The notes below the pieces were generated by a model that was given only the letters and a program-made list of their open reading frames with translations, made no database searches and was not told where the DNA came from. The position numbers were made by a program, and so were the translations under genes. Of a stretch of 64,000 nucleotides of DNA, positions 29,848-42,200 are shown one piece after another; within the stretch, counting starts at the first letter, position 1; every line of letters begins with the position of its first letter. Source of the DNA: Octopus vulgaris (lineage: Eukaryota). The stretch is from NCBI GenBank assembly GCA_951406725.2, contig OX597825.1:4154001-4218000 (forward strand), written 5' to 3'.

Positions 29848-32446
29848 TTATGATTACAAACTATCTCTCACACACACATAACCATTTAGCAGAAGTAGCA
29901 GAGTGATTCAAGGTCCGAGTGTTTCGTGAGTTGACACTTATGACGTGCCTTGAGGTATTTTTCCTTAATAGTAATAGACATATCTATATACTCATATTTT
30001 GAGATCTACTTTGCTTGTTTGCATTAAGACAAATGTGTATATACATATTTGTGTGTGTATGTGTATGTGTGTTTATACACACAAGATATAAGGCAATTTA
30101 GGCAATTTTCATGGGACTCTTTATTCTCGGTGATCAAATTTGTAATTTTCGAACGAATATCATGGATCTTTTTCCCTTTTACCCTTTTGCTCAAATCAGA
30201 AAAAAATACGAAAAGCGAAAATTGTGAGTACCATGCGAGTACCGACCAACCGTATAGATGTGCAAATTCTCGGGAAAATATTAAAAACATTTATAACAAA
30301 CTTTATTTACAGCATAAAAATAAATAAGTTGAAAATCAATTTTAAAGATATCCCGAAGCACATCTGCTCAGAATATGGCGATTTAATCATCGGCAGGTTG
30401 ACGCGCTCAATCTATTCTGTCAAATGAAAAATGAAAAGGGCAACTTCATGGGTGCTTAACTGATTACCATTACAGAACTAAATTACCATAATTTATCGCA
30501 TATTTTGGTATGTAAGGATATCGTGGTGTATAATATCAGTTTAAATTTTCATGGATTTCTCCGGCTAATTTCATTACATCGTATCAATAATAAAACTTTT
30601 GTATAAATATCGCATTTCTTTTTATCACAACGACAAAATAAATTATGGTTCTCTTTGCAACACCAAAGGAACATAATCCAATATAAGTAAGTGTGTATTA
30701 CAGTATAGTCTCCTAAGCTTTTATAATTCTATTATCTACTTTACAATATATTTCTCGTTTTAGAAAAGGAACGAATGTGTAAAAAATGAGAGGCGAAAAG
30801 CTTTGCCTCTATTATGACAATCTATCAGTTCAATTCGAAAAGATTTCCCTCATATGCAAATTTGTTGATTGCCTCTTTCGCTTTTATAGAAATCGGGTGT
30901 AGATATTAACAAACATCCGCTATTGAAATACCAATAATTAAAAGTGGCGTCAATGTTTTCTGGGATTTCGCTGTCAATTAAATATTGGTTTCATATTTTA
31001 GCAAAAGGCCGAAAATGTTTGACGAATCTTTCGACATTGAACGAATGAAAGCGATAACGATCTATTAAATTTGCTTAGTATCCTTGCATAATCTATTCCA
31101 TTTACAATCTCTGAGTATTCTAAAGCAAAGCGATAGAAATATACTCATCACAAAACAAGTTGCATTAAATTCAATATTGTATGCTGTATGTCATGATTAA
31201 TATCTTCGTATTTAAAAGTTATGAATTAACAAAAATTGGTTTAACACATGTTGCATACTTTGTTCGTGTGAAAACTCTGAATTAATTATAGTTATAGAAA
31301 TATGTGTAGAAAATTTCAAACATACAGATTTATTTTAGCACTTAGTGACAAATGGTTTTCTGCCCATCTACCTATAATCATCATTTGCCCACGTAAAAAG
31401 TTTATGTCTTTGTCTACAAGGAAAACGAGATCGAACAAACACTTGGAAATTAGAAAAAGAAAGGAATTTAAAAAAAAAATATATGTTGATTTTCTCTTGC
31501 AGAAAACGTTACCAGTGCTGTATCAAAGATCAGACATGTATACATCTAAATAAATAATAGTTCATTTCTTTAATCCTTAGATGAAATGAAACAGCTGGAC
31601 ATGTCAGAATTGAAATCTGAATTTTTTAAGTTAGTTGCAGATACCTTAGTTTTCACATCAAACGTTATAATTCTTACTTCAAACAATAATGAAGAAATGA
31701 ATAACAGTATCGTGTCATCCACATGATTCGATGTATGTTTCTCTTCCCAGATTTCATATGATACGTTGTATTTAAACATTTTTGTAGGATCGTTATTAAG
31801 TATTACTTTGATTGTATTATAATTTTCCCAGACAGTTGCTTGTTCAATGTTCTTTCATTTTCTGTCCACCATGGCGTCTTCACGAAAACAACACCGAGCT
31901 GGCGACACTTTGATATTTCCTTCTCCAAATGTTATAATTTTTCTACAACTTTTGTTTTTTCTTTGGCAGCAGAAAAAGCGGAAGACTAAATGAAAACTTT
32001 TCAAATGGTTTTTTAAAAGTTTCCATTCATTCTATGAACAACAACAAAATATTTAATCAGCTCTCTGCACTAAATATATATCTGAAGCCAAAATAAATAC
32101 ACAAAAATATATGATACAAGTTATATTCAATATAATACCTTACTAGAAATGGTGTAATTTTATGAATGATATCTAATTCCCACAACACTTGGAATTATTT
32201 TATAACGGGTGTTTTCTTTCTAACATTCATTAGTAGTGATTTGTGGTAGGAGTCACAAATCTATATGGAATCCATGATATTTTAAATGTTAAAGTCATAT
32301 CATAATGTATTCCTAGACAAACTTATACATGTACAGTCTTATGAATAGAGTATTTCCTTAACTTATATGTTAATGTAAAAAAAAACAAAAATTATGTTAG
32401 TAAGCGCAAAACAGAAAGCAAAAATCATGATCATAAATCATTACAT

Positions 32447-32478
32447 AGGCACAGAGGTGGCTGTGTGGTAAGTAGCTT
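32447..32478 (+). mobile_element. SINE family A, 5' part (A box), interrupted by the Tx1 element
   Basis: AGGCACAGAGGTGGCTGTGTGGTAAGTAGCTT; the SINE resumes at 35561. Confidence 0.85.
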
Positions 32479-35400
32479 TGCTAACCTCACTGACAGAAGA
32501 GTGACTTTGCCTACCGTACTACGGTTTGGACGCGTTTTTTTCCCGGTAAGAGTTTTGCTGTGTTGTTAATTGTTGAATTCCTACTACTGAAAATTTGCCT
32601 TTAAACGTTGCTGAACTGTCTTGTTCTCCGGTTTTACCGGGAAATAATTGAATAATTTCTTACCGTTGAACTGTTAGCCACTGTGGCTTTTTATTTACGT
32701 TACCATACATAGTCCTGCCAGACTATTTTCGTGCCCCTCCCCCGAATGGGGGTGGGAATTGGAATTTTTGAACTGCTTTTTTGAACTACTTTGGAAGAAA
32801 AACTTTCTATAGGTTTCCCAGTTTTGTGGGAAACCAATACTCGTAATTTTTGTGTTGTCTAATTTCAACAGAATAATGTCTGTTGAAATTATTCACGAAA
32901 GTAGTGCTCTTGAGGAGAGCAATGTTAAAAAATTTTCTGAGGTAGCCGCAGTGGCTACCGAGAAAATTGACATCGATGTCAACCAGCTCGTCGAGCTATT
33001 TAAAAAAAATGCAAGAGGAGGGTGGTGATGTTAAAATATCACCCTCCGCCAGTATCGTGGAGACCGAGAAGCGTTTAAAACTTTCTGTCCACAAAGCAGA
33101 AGGTTCAAACACTTTGAAAAAAGTACCATCGAGAAATGCCTGTCCCCGATTTGGAAGGACATCGTGTACGTCGCCAGGGGACGGGCATATGGCACTGTGG
33201 ATGTCCGCTTCTCGACACGAGAGGCTGAGTGCTGTGAAGGGCCAATCACAGCCGAGGAAGTAATCGAGGTGTTGGGCAAGTGCCCCGGGGAGAAGTCGCC
33301 GGGTCTCGATGGTTTGCCCTATGAATTTTATAGAAGTATGCCAGACTTGTTCGGGCACCTGCTCCCTAGCGTCTACGCCAACTGGCAGCAGAATGAGAGA
33401 ATTCCCAAGTCTGCGAGCCGGGGGGCGGTGACGTTGATCAGGAAGGACCCGAACAAGGGGGACGAGATAGGGAACTTCAGGCCCATAACTCTGTTAAACA
33501 CAGAGTTAAAGATTCTGGCCAAGGTGCTAGCAAAAAGGTTGGCGCGGGTCGTGGACAAACTTGTCGGGGAAGCGCAAACGTGCGCTATCCCCGGCAGAAC
33601 GATCCACGACAATCTCCACCTTATACGCTACTCCTTAGAGAGGGTGGGGAAGCTTTCTGGCGCAGGGGGAGCACTGGTACATTTAGACCAGTCCAAAGCA
33701 TTTGATAGGGTCGACCATCGGTACCTGGCGGCGGTCCTCGGAGAGGCTGGCCTAGGCCCGACCTTTCGAGGTTGGATCGCTGCTTTGTATAGCGACATCG
33801 AGTCTGTAGTCAAAGTGAACGGTTCCTTTTCGAAGCCGTTCAGGATCGAGCGTTCAGTTCGTCAAGGGTGTCCCCTGTCCTCGCTCCTGTACGTATTGGC
33901 TCTTGAGCCTTTGCTGCGGAAGTTGGAGGCACTAGGGGGCGTGCCGCATGATCTATGGTGTGGAAGAGGAGCTACGGCGTATGCGGATGACACCTCCATC
34001 ATCGTGGCAGACGAAGGCCAGATTCCAGTGGTGGAAGAGGCACTCAAAAGCTACGAGGCGGTGGCAGGAGCAAAGGTTAACAAGGAAAAGTCGGTCGGTT
34101 TGCAACTCGGCACCTGGAGGGGCAAGCCGATGCCGTCCAATAACGTCGTAGGGCGTTGGACGGAAGGTCCTGTTAAGCTGCTCGGAGTCTGGTTCGGGCC
34201 AGACCTCCAGATTGAGAAAAATTGGAGTGAGGTGGCCAACAAGGTGACCGCTCTAACCCAGACCTGGTCTGGGCGGGCGTTATCCCTGCTAGGGAAGGCG
34301 GAGGTGGTGCAGATGTTTATAGCATCAGTAATCACCTACCGTCTGACCGTGGTGCCTTGCCCCGATTTGTGGCTGAACAAGTTGGAGAGAATCCTTTTCC
34401 GATTTTTGTGGAAAGGAGGAAAGCCACTTGTAAAGCGCTCTGTCTGCTGCCAGAAACCGCTAAAGGGTGGGCTAGGGATGCCTTGGCTGAGGATGCGAAA
34501 ACTCGCGTTAAGGTTGAGGCACCTCTGGCTTTACCTGGATGGAGAGCAGGTATGGTCACCGCACGTCCGGTTCTACCTTCCCCAGTTAACATCCCTAACG
34601 GACATCGGTGCATGGATCAAGCGGAGACCTAAACTGAGTGAATGGCATTTGGAGTGCCGTCATGCGCTCCAGCTACTATCTCAGGTGGGCAACGCCGGCA
34701 ACAGGAGTTCCACCACGGATTTCTATAGCGGGTTAGTGGAGATTAAGTCCGAAGACGCCTTGGGGGAGACCCTGGGCTACGATGAAAATCAGCTGGTCAA
34801 CCTGTTCCGGAGGACGTTCGGGCCGGGGTATCTGGATAATTACCAGAAATCCCTGGCCTGGCAGTGTTTCCGTGCGGCTTTACCTGTTCGCGACAAGCTG
34901 TCAAGGCACGGTAGTGCCGTCTCGCCGACATGCCCGCGATGTGAGCAGGTAGGGAGACCGTCTTGCACGCATTCGTGGAGTGTCCGGAGTTATCGGGACT
35001 GATAGCTTTTGTTGAACAACTGTTGTCAGTGATGGGAAGAGTACAGCTATCAGCTGAGTCTATCATCGAGATTGTGCCGCCCCCTTTCCTTAACAGGGAA
35101 AGAAAGGCTTGTTTTTTTCTGTGTAGTAGCCATACTGAAAGAAACAGTATGGAAGACGCGTACGAAAGGTATAGTGACAGGCACCTTTGTCTCCGGCCAG
35201 GGGTTGATTAACTTTTTTAGGTACCACCTCAGTAGCAAAATCAGGCTGGAGAAGATGTGTCTGTCACGAGATATATTTGTGAAAAGATGGAAGCCTGTGG
35301 CATACAAGATGGGTATGTTTGGCACCAGGTAAGTTTGACCGGACCAGAAAGTAAAGGTTCTACCCGGATGGCTGGGTGTCCGTCCTTCGACATGATCATT

Positions 35401-35560
35401 AATATTTTTAAACATTGCCTTCGTAAAATTCATTGTTTATAATCTTATCCGTAATTTCATTCGAAAATTGTAACTGTGTTAAGCTACTTCACCCTTTATA
35501 TTTGTCTGTCCTTGTTTGTCCCCTCTTTGTAAATGCCTAAATGGCAAATTATATGAAATA
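32479..35560 (+). mobile_element. L1/Tx1-clade non-LTR retrotransposon with both termini, internal deletion and 9-bp TSD
   Basis: TSD AAGTAGCTT at 32470-32478 and 35561-35569. ~400-nt 5' UTR, RT ORF, C-terminal CPRC...H...C knuckle, ~230-nt 3' UTR ending GAAATA. Confidence 0.9.
32876..35332 (+). pseudogene. Putative ORF1 N-terminus fused in frame to ORF2 reverse transcriptase; no APE endonuclease; open frame 33035-35002
   Basis: RT motifs KSPGLDGLPYEFY, NFRPITLLNTELKIL, LDQSKAFDRVDH, VRQGCPLSSLLY, AYADD and KLLGVWF, plus Tx1-like PLKGGLGMP. ATG 32876 is in the same frame but has stops between two A-run indels (~33002, ~33033). C-terminal frameshifts near 34950 and 35115. Confidence 0.85.
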
Positions 35561-35797
35561 AAGTAGCTTACTTACCAATCACATGGTTCCGGGTTCAGTA
35601 CCACTGCGTGGTACCTTCGGCAAGTGTCTTCCACTATAGCCTCGGGCCGAGCAAAGCCTTGTGAGTGGATTTGGTAGACGGAAACTGAAAGAAGCCTGTC
35701 GTATATATGTATAAATATATGTGTGTGTGTATGTTTATGTGCTTGTGTTTGCATGGCCGCAGTCAAATGTCTGAAACAATTAAAAGAGTAAAAGAAT
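35561..35797 (+). mobile_element. SINE family A, 3' remainder (B box, core, tail)
   Basis: AAGTAGCTTACTTACCAATCACATGGTTCCGGGTTCAGTACC...GGATTTGGTAGACGGAAACTGAAAGAAGCC...GCATGGCCGCAGTCAAATGTCTGAAACAATTAAAAGAGTAAAAGA. Confidence 0.88.
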
Positions 35798-36061
35798 ATG
35801 AATATTTAATTTATACACGCAACTCATATACATCGATGCCTATACTGATGTAGAGTACACACCTAAACCTCGATCAGGAACTTATAATCGAAAGACTAAA
35901 TTCGAGTTTTCTTTTTTATTCCTTCTGATAGATTTATTGCCACAAAACCAGAATTTCAATTTCTGGGTGAAGCAGTTTAATTTCGTAGTTATACTTCGTG
36001 CTATCTAATCCTGATACAGCATCCCTACATCGAATCTGTTGGCATATATTACATATATTGA

Positions 36062-36263
36062 TTTCAACCGTTAGCACAAGGCGAGAAGCTGAAGAGAAGG
36101 GAGAAAGTGTATTACTTTGACACCAGTGATTATCTGGTACTTATTTGAACGACCCCGAAAAGAAGAAAGGCAATGGCAACATTAGCGGGCTTGAACTCAG
36201 AACGTAAGGCGGGACGCAACGCCGCTAATCATTTTACCTGGCGTGCTAAGAATTCTGCCACCT
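36062..36263 (-). mobile_element. Degenerate SINE family B monomer
   Basis: GACCCCGAAAAGAAGAAAGGCAA...TTGAACTCAGAACGTAA...GCGTGCTAAGAATTCTGCCA matches the family-B reverse complement. Confidence 0.75.
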
Positions 36264-36563
36264 TATTTATTATGTGTATGTAGATAGAGAAAATAAATAT
36301 ATAAACGATCCGAACAAATCAATTTAATGCTTACCAAAAATGAAATTTCTACTGATTTAGATGGGAATATTGAAACCCGGACACCAGGTGAAACACACTC
36401 GGAACTAGTGTCATTTACAAGGCCGCTGACCAAACAAAAGAGATACGTATTATGTTATTTTCCTCAACCTCCATGTCAAATCAGAAATACTTAAGTCCCT
36501 GCTATAATACGGTTTGTGTGTGTGTATGTGTGTGTGTGTGTGTGTGCGTGTGCGCGTGTGTGT

Positions 36564-36597
<34 letters not shown>

Positions 36598-37006
36598 CTA
36601 TGTGTGTGTTTGTGTGTGAAAAATAAACATTCTCTGTGTATCGTTACTGCTGATATAACTCATTATCACATTTTGAAATGTGCATCATTGTATACGTTCC
36701 AAACGTCGTCACGTCAAATCCTTTGTTCCCGAATTTCTATTCATCCGCTCCTGAATGAATTGAAATACAAACGTCAACAATTCTGATCTATGAAATCTTT
36801 AGGCAGTTGTTAATAAGCACTACCCATGCCTTGTTCATGAAATAACATTATTGTTGCATATTCATCAACGTGTATAGATGGCTTCAGCGATATATTTAGA
36901 GTGAGTTTTTGTACAATTTCTGATTTGAATGCAATGCAGATTTCTATTCATTTGACCACAATGACCTTGGAACTTAAATGACTAGCATTTAATACATAAA
37001 CATATG

Positions 37007-37215
37007 AAGGTGGCGGGCTGGCAGAAACGTTAGCACGCTGGGCGAAAAGCTGTATTTCGTCAGTCTTAAGGTTCTGAGTTCAAATTCCGCCGAGGTTGAC
37101 TTTGCCTTTCATTCTTTCGGGTTCGATAAATTAAGTATCAGTTGTGTACTGGGTTCTATCTAATAGACTAACCCACTCCCCTAAAATTTCGGGCCTTATG
37201 CCTAGTGTGTCAAAG
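37007..37215 (+). mobile_element. SINE family B monomer (tail B) with TSD
   Basis: AAGGTGGCGGGCTGGCAGAAACGTTAGCACG...GAGTTCAAATTCCGCC (B box); tail CCCCTAAAATTTCGGGCCTTATGCCTAG; TSD AATACATAAACATAT (36991-37005) / AATATATAAACTTAT (37216-37230). Confidence 0.88.
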
Positions 37216-39004
37216 AATATATAAACTTATTTACCCTTTTTACTATTATAAGTTTACATTTAATATGTTGTAGAATTCAATATATTGAATATGGTGATGG
37301 GCTTAGCATAATTGATGTCCTTACACAATTACTTTAATGATATTCTATATCTCATGAAAATTTGGCCATATGATTCCCATATAATTGTAAAATATTTAGT
37401 CAAACTTAATTCTAACCATACCTAATGACACCCAACGCACATTCACACCCACTGCGCATTCGCATGCACACACACATAGACACACATACACCTATGAGGC
37501 AGATTTATGTAACAGATGATCTATATGTTACACAAAGCCGAAACTTTAAATTACTTCAAAACATCACTACCTGGTTTGATTTCATTATTACTACTTTTGA
37601 AATATTTGGAGACGCATTTTACGCCTATTTGATTGAGAATTGTAGAAGATGACGGTCTATGTTAATGTGAGTTTAAGAAATATAAGAATTGTACAGATCA
37701 TAGCAATAAAAACATTGAATACACGATGCAATTTAACCAGAAGCAAACGATCATCTTTAGATATTTTAAACAAGAATAAATGTCAAATAATTGAAACAGA
37801 TAACGTATAAAAATCCTGATTCAAAACAGTACCTTCGTTTCATATACCATCCTCTTAAACACACAAAATCCGTTCATTTACTTGATAAAATTGGTATGCT
37901 CAATTATATAAAACATTATAAAATTTTGCCAACGAGAGAATTGGAAAGAATATTCTTTCAGTGTACTGAGTGTTCTGTATAGAATGATTTACCTATGGTT
38001 AAGCTGTTCCTCAATAATATCGGTTCAGGTAATGTTATCAACAGTTTAATTAAAGACTTGCATATGTCTTTTGTCCTTTTGTTGTTGTGTCCATTGTTTC
38101 TTCTCGTTGGACATTTACAGGTTTGTAAGCAAACAGGGCGGGGAAAGTAAAACCTAACCAGGTGGCCGCTTTTAAAAACAGCAGGAATGAGCCACAAGGA
38201 CGTAACGTAAAATAGTTGAATGTGTGCAGTAAAACAGTGCCCAGCACCTATTCATATAGAATTAATCTAAATTAATCTGAATTAATCTAAAGACGAGATG
38301 GTGAAGATGCCGACGACCGCTCGGTTCAAAATCTCACTTGACCTCAAGTGGCCTGAACTCTTTACATGAACAGCACCCTGTACATAACTCCATGTCCCCC
38401 TACATGACCTTGCATTTTGCTTTTTGAGCCAAAAAATTAACTAACTAACTAACTAACTAACTAAATCGATATTAATGAAATTGACCATTCACTGATTTGC
38501 TCTATTTCCCACCAAAACAATACAATTTATTTCAGTCTCTCTCTCTCTCTGTCTCTCTCTCTCTCTCTGTTTCTCTGTCACACTCTCTCTCTGTCTCTCT
38601 ATCAATTTTGTAAATTGTACGTGAGTATGTGAGCGTGTGTGTGTGTGTATAAGCTTGAGCATACGTAGATGTATATATTTATGAGCGATTGAAGGCGGAG
38701 AGGTGGGTGTAGGCTGGAAGGTCTAGTACAACAGAAGTTCTGAAATAATTGTAATTTTTCCAAATACTAATGGTGAGAAGAAACTATTTGAATGTTAACT
38801 CAAATCTCCAAGATTTCGATGTTCAGTAAAATAAAATTGAGAGAATCACCCGAGGGAATATCTAGAATCATTTTAACTAACTCAAAGGGAATACAAAACC
38901 CAAATTTCCTCCGGAAACGGTAGTGGAATATGTCAGAATCTGCATAATTAATGAGGAGTAGTTGTAGAGAATTGGCAGGCGCCATTAAATATGTCAGAGA
39001 CATA

Positions 39005-39098
<94 letters not shown>

Positions 39099-39114
39099 GT
39101 ATATATATCTAGCA

Positions 39115-39243
39115 ATGAATCTAGCAAAAGAACTAATGAATCTAGCAAAAGAACAAATGAATCTAGCAAAAGAACTGGAAAAAAACATCCGAGCTATCAC
39201 CCACCGCCATCCACCACTATTACCCCACTTCACATGCCATTAA
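39115..39243 (+). CDS. Probable C-terminal remnant of LINE ORF1 (with junctional 21-bp repeats), overlapping the ORF2 start
   Basis: MNLAKELMNLAKEQMNLAKELEKNIRAITHRHPPLLPHFTCH*; stop TAA 39241-39243 lies just after the ORF2 ATG at 39234. Confidence 0.5.
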   Translation: MNLAKELMNLAKEQMNLAKELEKNIRAITHRHPPLLPHFTCH

Positions 39244-42200
39244 AAAGCAATCAAATAAACAAATCACCAAAACAATTAAAACCATCCACTCTCGCCTCAA
39301 CATTTCTGCTTAATGCCCAAGGCATCAGCCCTTCCACCAATACACAAAAATGGAAGATAAGATTCCTGGAGGACTGGGTCGAGGCCCATCCAAACCACAT
39401 CCCTTTCTTCGTCCTCACTGAAACCCATCTTAGTGACCTCCACTTGGAAGCCGAGGTGAAAGTTAAAAATTTCAAAACCATTCGTGCTGATCGTGTTGGC
39501 AGAAGAAAGGGTGGGACTGCCATTTATGTCCATGATTCATTCTCAACAGAAGCCATGAACATATTTTCGAATGGATACTGCGAAGCAGTCGCTGTATTCA
39601 GTCAAACCAACAACTTAACAGTAGTTGGGCTCTACAGACCACCCCAAACGCCCCTACCATGCTTCAAGGAATGCCTCAACAGCATAAAGTGTTTCATTCA
39701 GCAGTGTCAACCTGACAACATTTTAATGATGGGAGATTTCAACCTTCCCGGTGTTGACTGGTCTACAAACAGTCTGCCGCCAGGTTCTTCTCTCTCAACC
39801 CCTGACAGGGAGGCAGTGGAATCGCTTCTTGACTTCATGGATGACTTCTTCTTGTCCCAACTGGTACTCGAACCAACGAGATGTCACAAAAACGTCTTAG
39901 ACTTAATTTTCAGCAATCACACTGATACTATCCACAATATTGCAGTGGAGAAAACCCTACTCTCCGACCATGACATGGTTCTCTGTGATCTGAGATTTCA
40001 CTGGCCAAAATGCAAAACAAATGTCATCCCTCCTGTTCATCCATTTGACACTATGGATTTCCACAATGCAAACTGGGAAGCGATCAATAATGATCTTGCA
40101 CAAGTCGATTGGTCCTTCACGCACACATACACACCCACTAACATCAAAAAGTCCTGGCAGTCACTTGTAGACACCATCACGAACATATGTGCAAGACACA
40201 CCCCATTAAGATCTGCAAACAAATCTAAGTGTCGAATCCCTAGAAATAGAAAATCTCTCATAAGGAAAATTAAAAGAATCAACAAAAAGATCAACATGCT
40301 GAAATACTGTCAACAGCAACACACCAACCTGACTGCCATCTCGTCGCTAGAGATTAAAAAACATAAACTCCAAAACAACATGATGTCTATCATCAATAGT
40401 CAGCGAAGAGCTGAAGAGGCCTGGGCCATTGAGAAGATCAAACTCAATCCCAAAGTGTTCTTTTCATTTGCAAAAAAACACAGAGTCACTGGTTCTACTG
40501 TTGGCCCTCTGATTGATGAAAATGATATTCTTCAAGACAATGCCAAAACCATGGGAGAAATATTGCAGAAACAATATTGCTCTGTTTTCAGCAATCCTGA
40601 TATGACTGATCTGGGCTGTATCAGTGATGTTACTCCCCAATACACTTTATCGGACATAACATTTGGCGCTCCTGATGTCTTAGCAGCAATAAAGGAAATG
40701 AAGCATAATTCAGCAGTAGGTCCCGATAGGTTCCCTGCTTGTGTCTTGAAGATGTGTCAAAACCAACTTGCACCCCCTCTAGCCAGTCTGTGGCGGAACT
40801 CATTGGATGCTGGATATATACCAGAAGACCTTCTATCCCAGTCTGTTGTCCCAGTTTTCAAAAAAGGAAACAAATCGCTTGCCGTGAATTACCGTCCAAT
40901 CTCACTCACCTCTCATATCATCAAGGTATTTGAGAGGGTGCTGAGATCGCGTATGACTTACTTCCTTGAGAGTCATAATATGCTGAACCCCAACCAGCAT
41001 GGATTCCGTAATGGGAGAGATTGCCTGACGCAGCTACTGCATCATTTTGATGACATTTTGAGAGCCTTGGGAGAGGGTTCCAACACTGATGTCATCTACC
41101 TTGATTTCAGCAAGGCCTTTGACAGGGTTGATCATAAGATCCTTCTGAGAAAGCTGTCCAATATTGGTGTCACTGGAAAGCTGCTGCAATGGATCAAGTG
41201 CTTCCTCTCTAACAGAACCCAACATGTTGTAGTCGAAGGAGTCAAATCCAGCCCAGCCAAAGTCAGCAGTGGTGTCCCACAAGGCACTGTGTTGGGCCCA
41301 CTTCTCTTCATCATCTACATAAATGATATTACTGACACCATCAAACACAGCAACATCAGAACCTTCGCTGATGATTCCAAGCTCCAGAAGGTCATCAATG
41401 GCGTGGATGACCGAATAAACCTTCAGTCAGACCTACTGGCTGTTGTCCAATGGGCGGAAAAGAATAACATGTTGCTAAATGAAGACAAATTCGAACTGAT
41501 CCACTTTGGAAGGGAGGACGCTCTGAAACTCCCATACTCTCTTCCTTCTGGAGAAATTCTCATGGCATCCAACAACATCAGAGACCTGGGAGTAACAGTG
41601 GACAACAACATAAGCTGGGCTACACATATAAGCAGCAAAGTTGACATGGCCCGCAGAATGTGTTCCTGGATTCTCAGAACCTTCCAGTCGAGAGATTCCC
41701 ACGCTATTATCCTTCTCTTCTCCACTTTTGCCCGACCCCACCTTGAATACTGCTGTCCACTGTGGTCTCCCTACACAAAACAAAATATTATGAGAATTGA
41801 AGCTCCCCAAACGTCAATCACAAAAAAGATAGATGGCATGTCAGACCTTGACTACTGGGGTAGACTAGAGAAGCTGAAATTGTATTCACTCCAACGACGC
41901 CGTGAACGCTACATTATCTGTATGATGTGGAAAATATTCCATCAGCACTGTCCGAATGATATTGGCATCACCTTCAAAATGCATCCAAGGCTTGGACCAC
42001 GTGCCATCCGTCCACAACAAAAATCTAAATCGCATCACATAACGACAATACGGCACAACTATTTCACCTCAATTGGACCCGCTCTCTTCAACATTACACC
42101 AGGACACGTCAAAAAAGAAACTGACCACACAAAATTCAAGAAGTCTTTGGACAAATTCCTTCAAACAGTACCGGACAAACCATCCACACCCGGATATGTC

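Noticed and set aside
32996-41810. Antisense and alternate-frame ORFs overlapping the two LINE ORFs
   Set aside because: Shadow ORFs of coding sequence; no recognisable domains.
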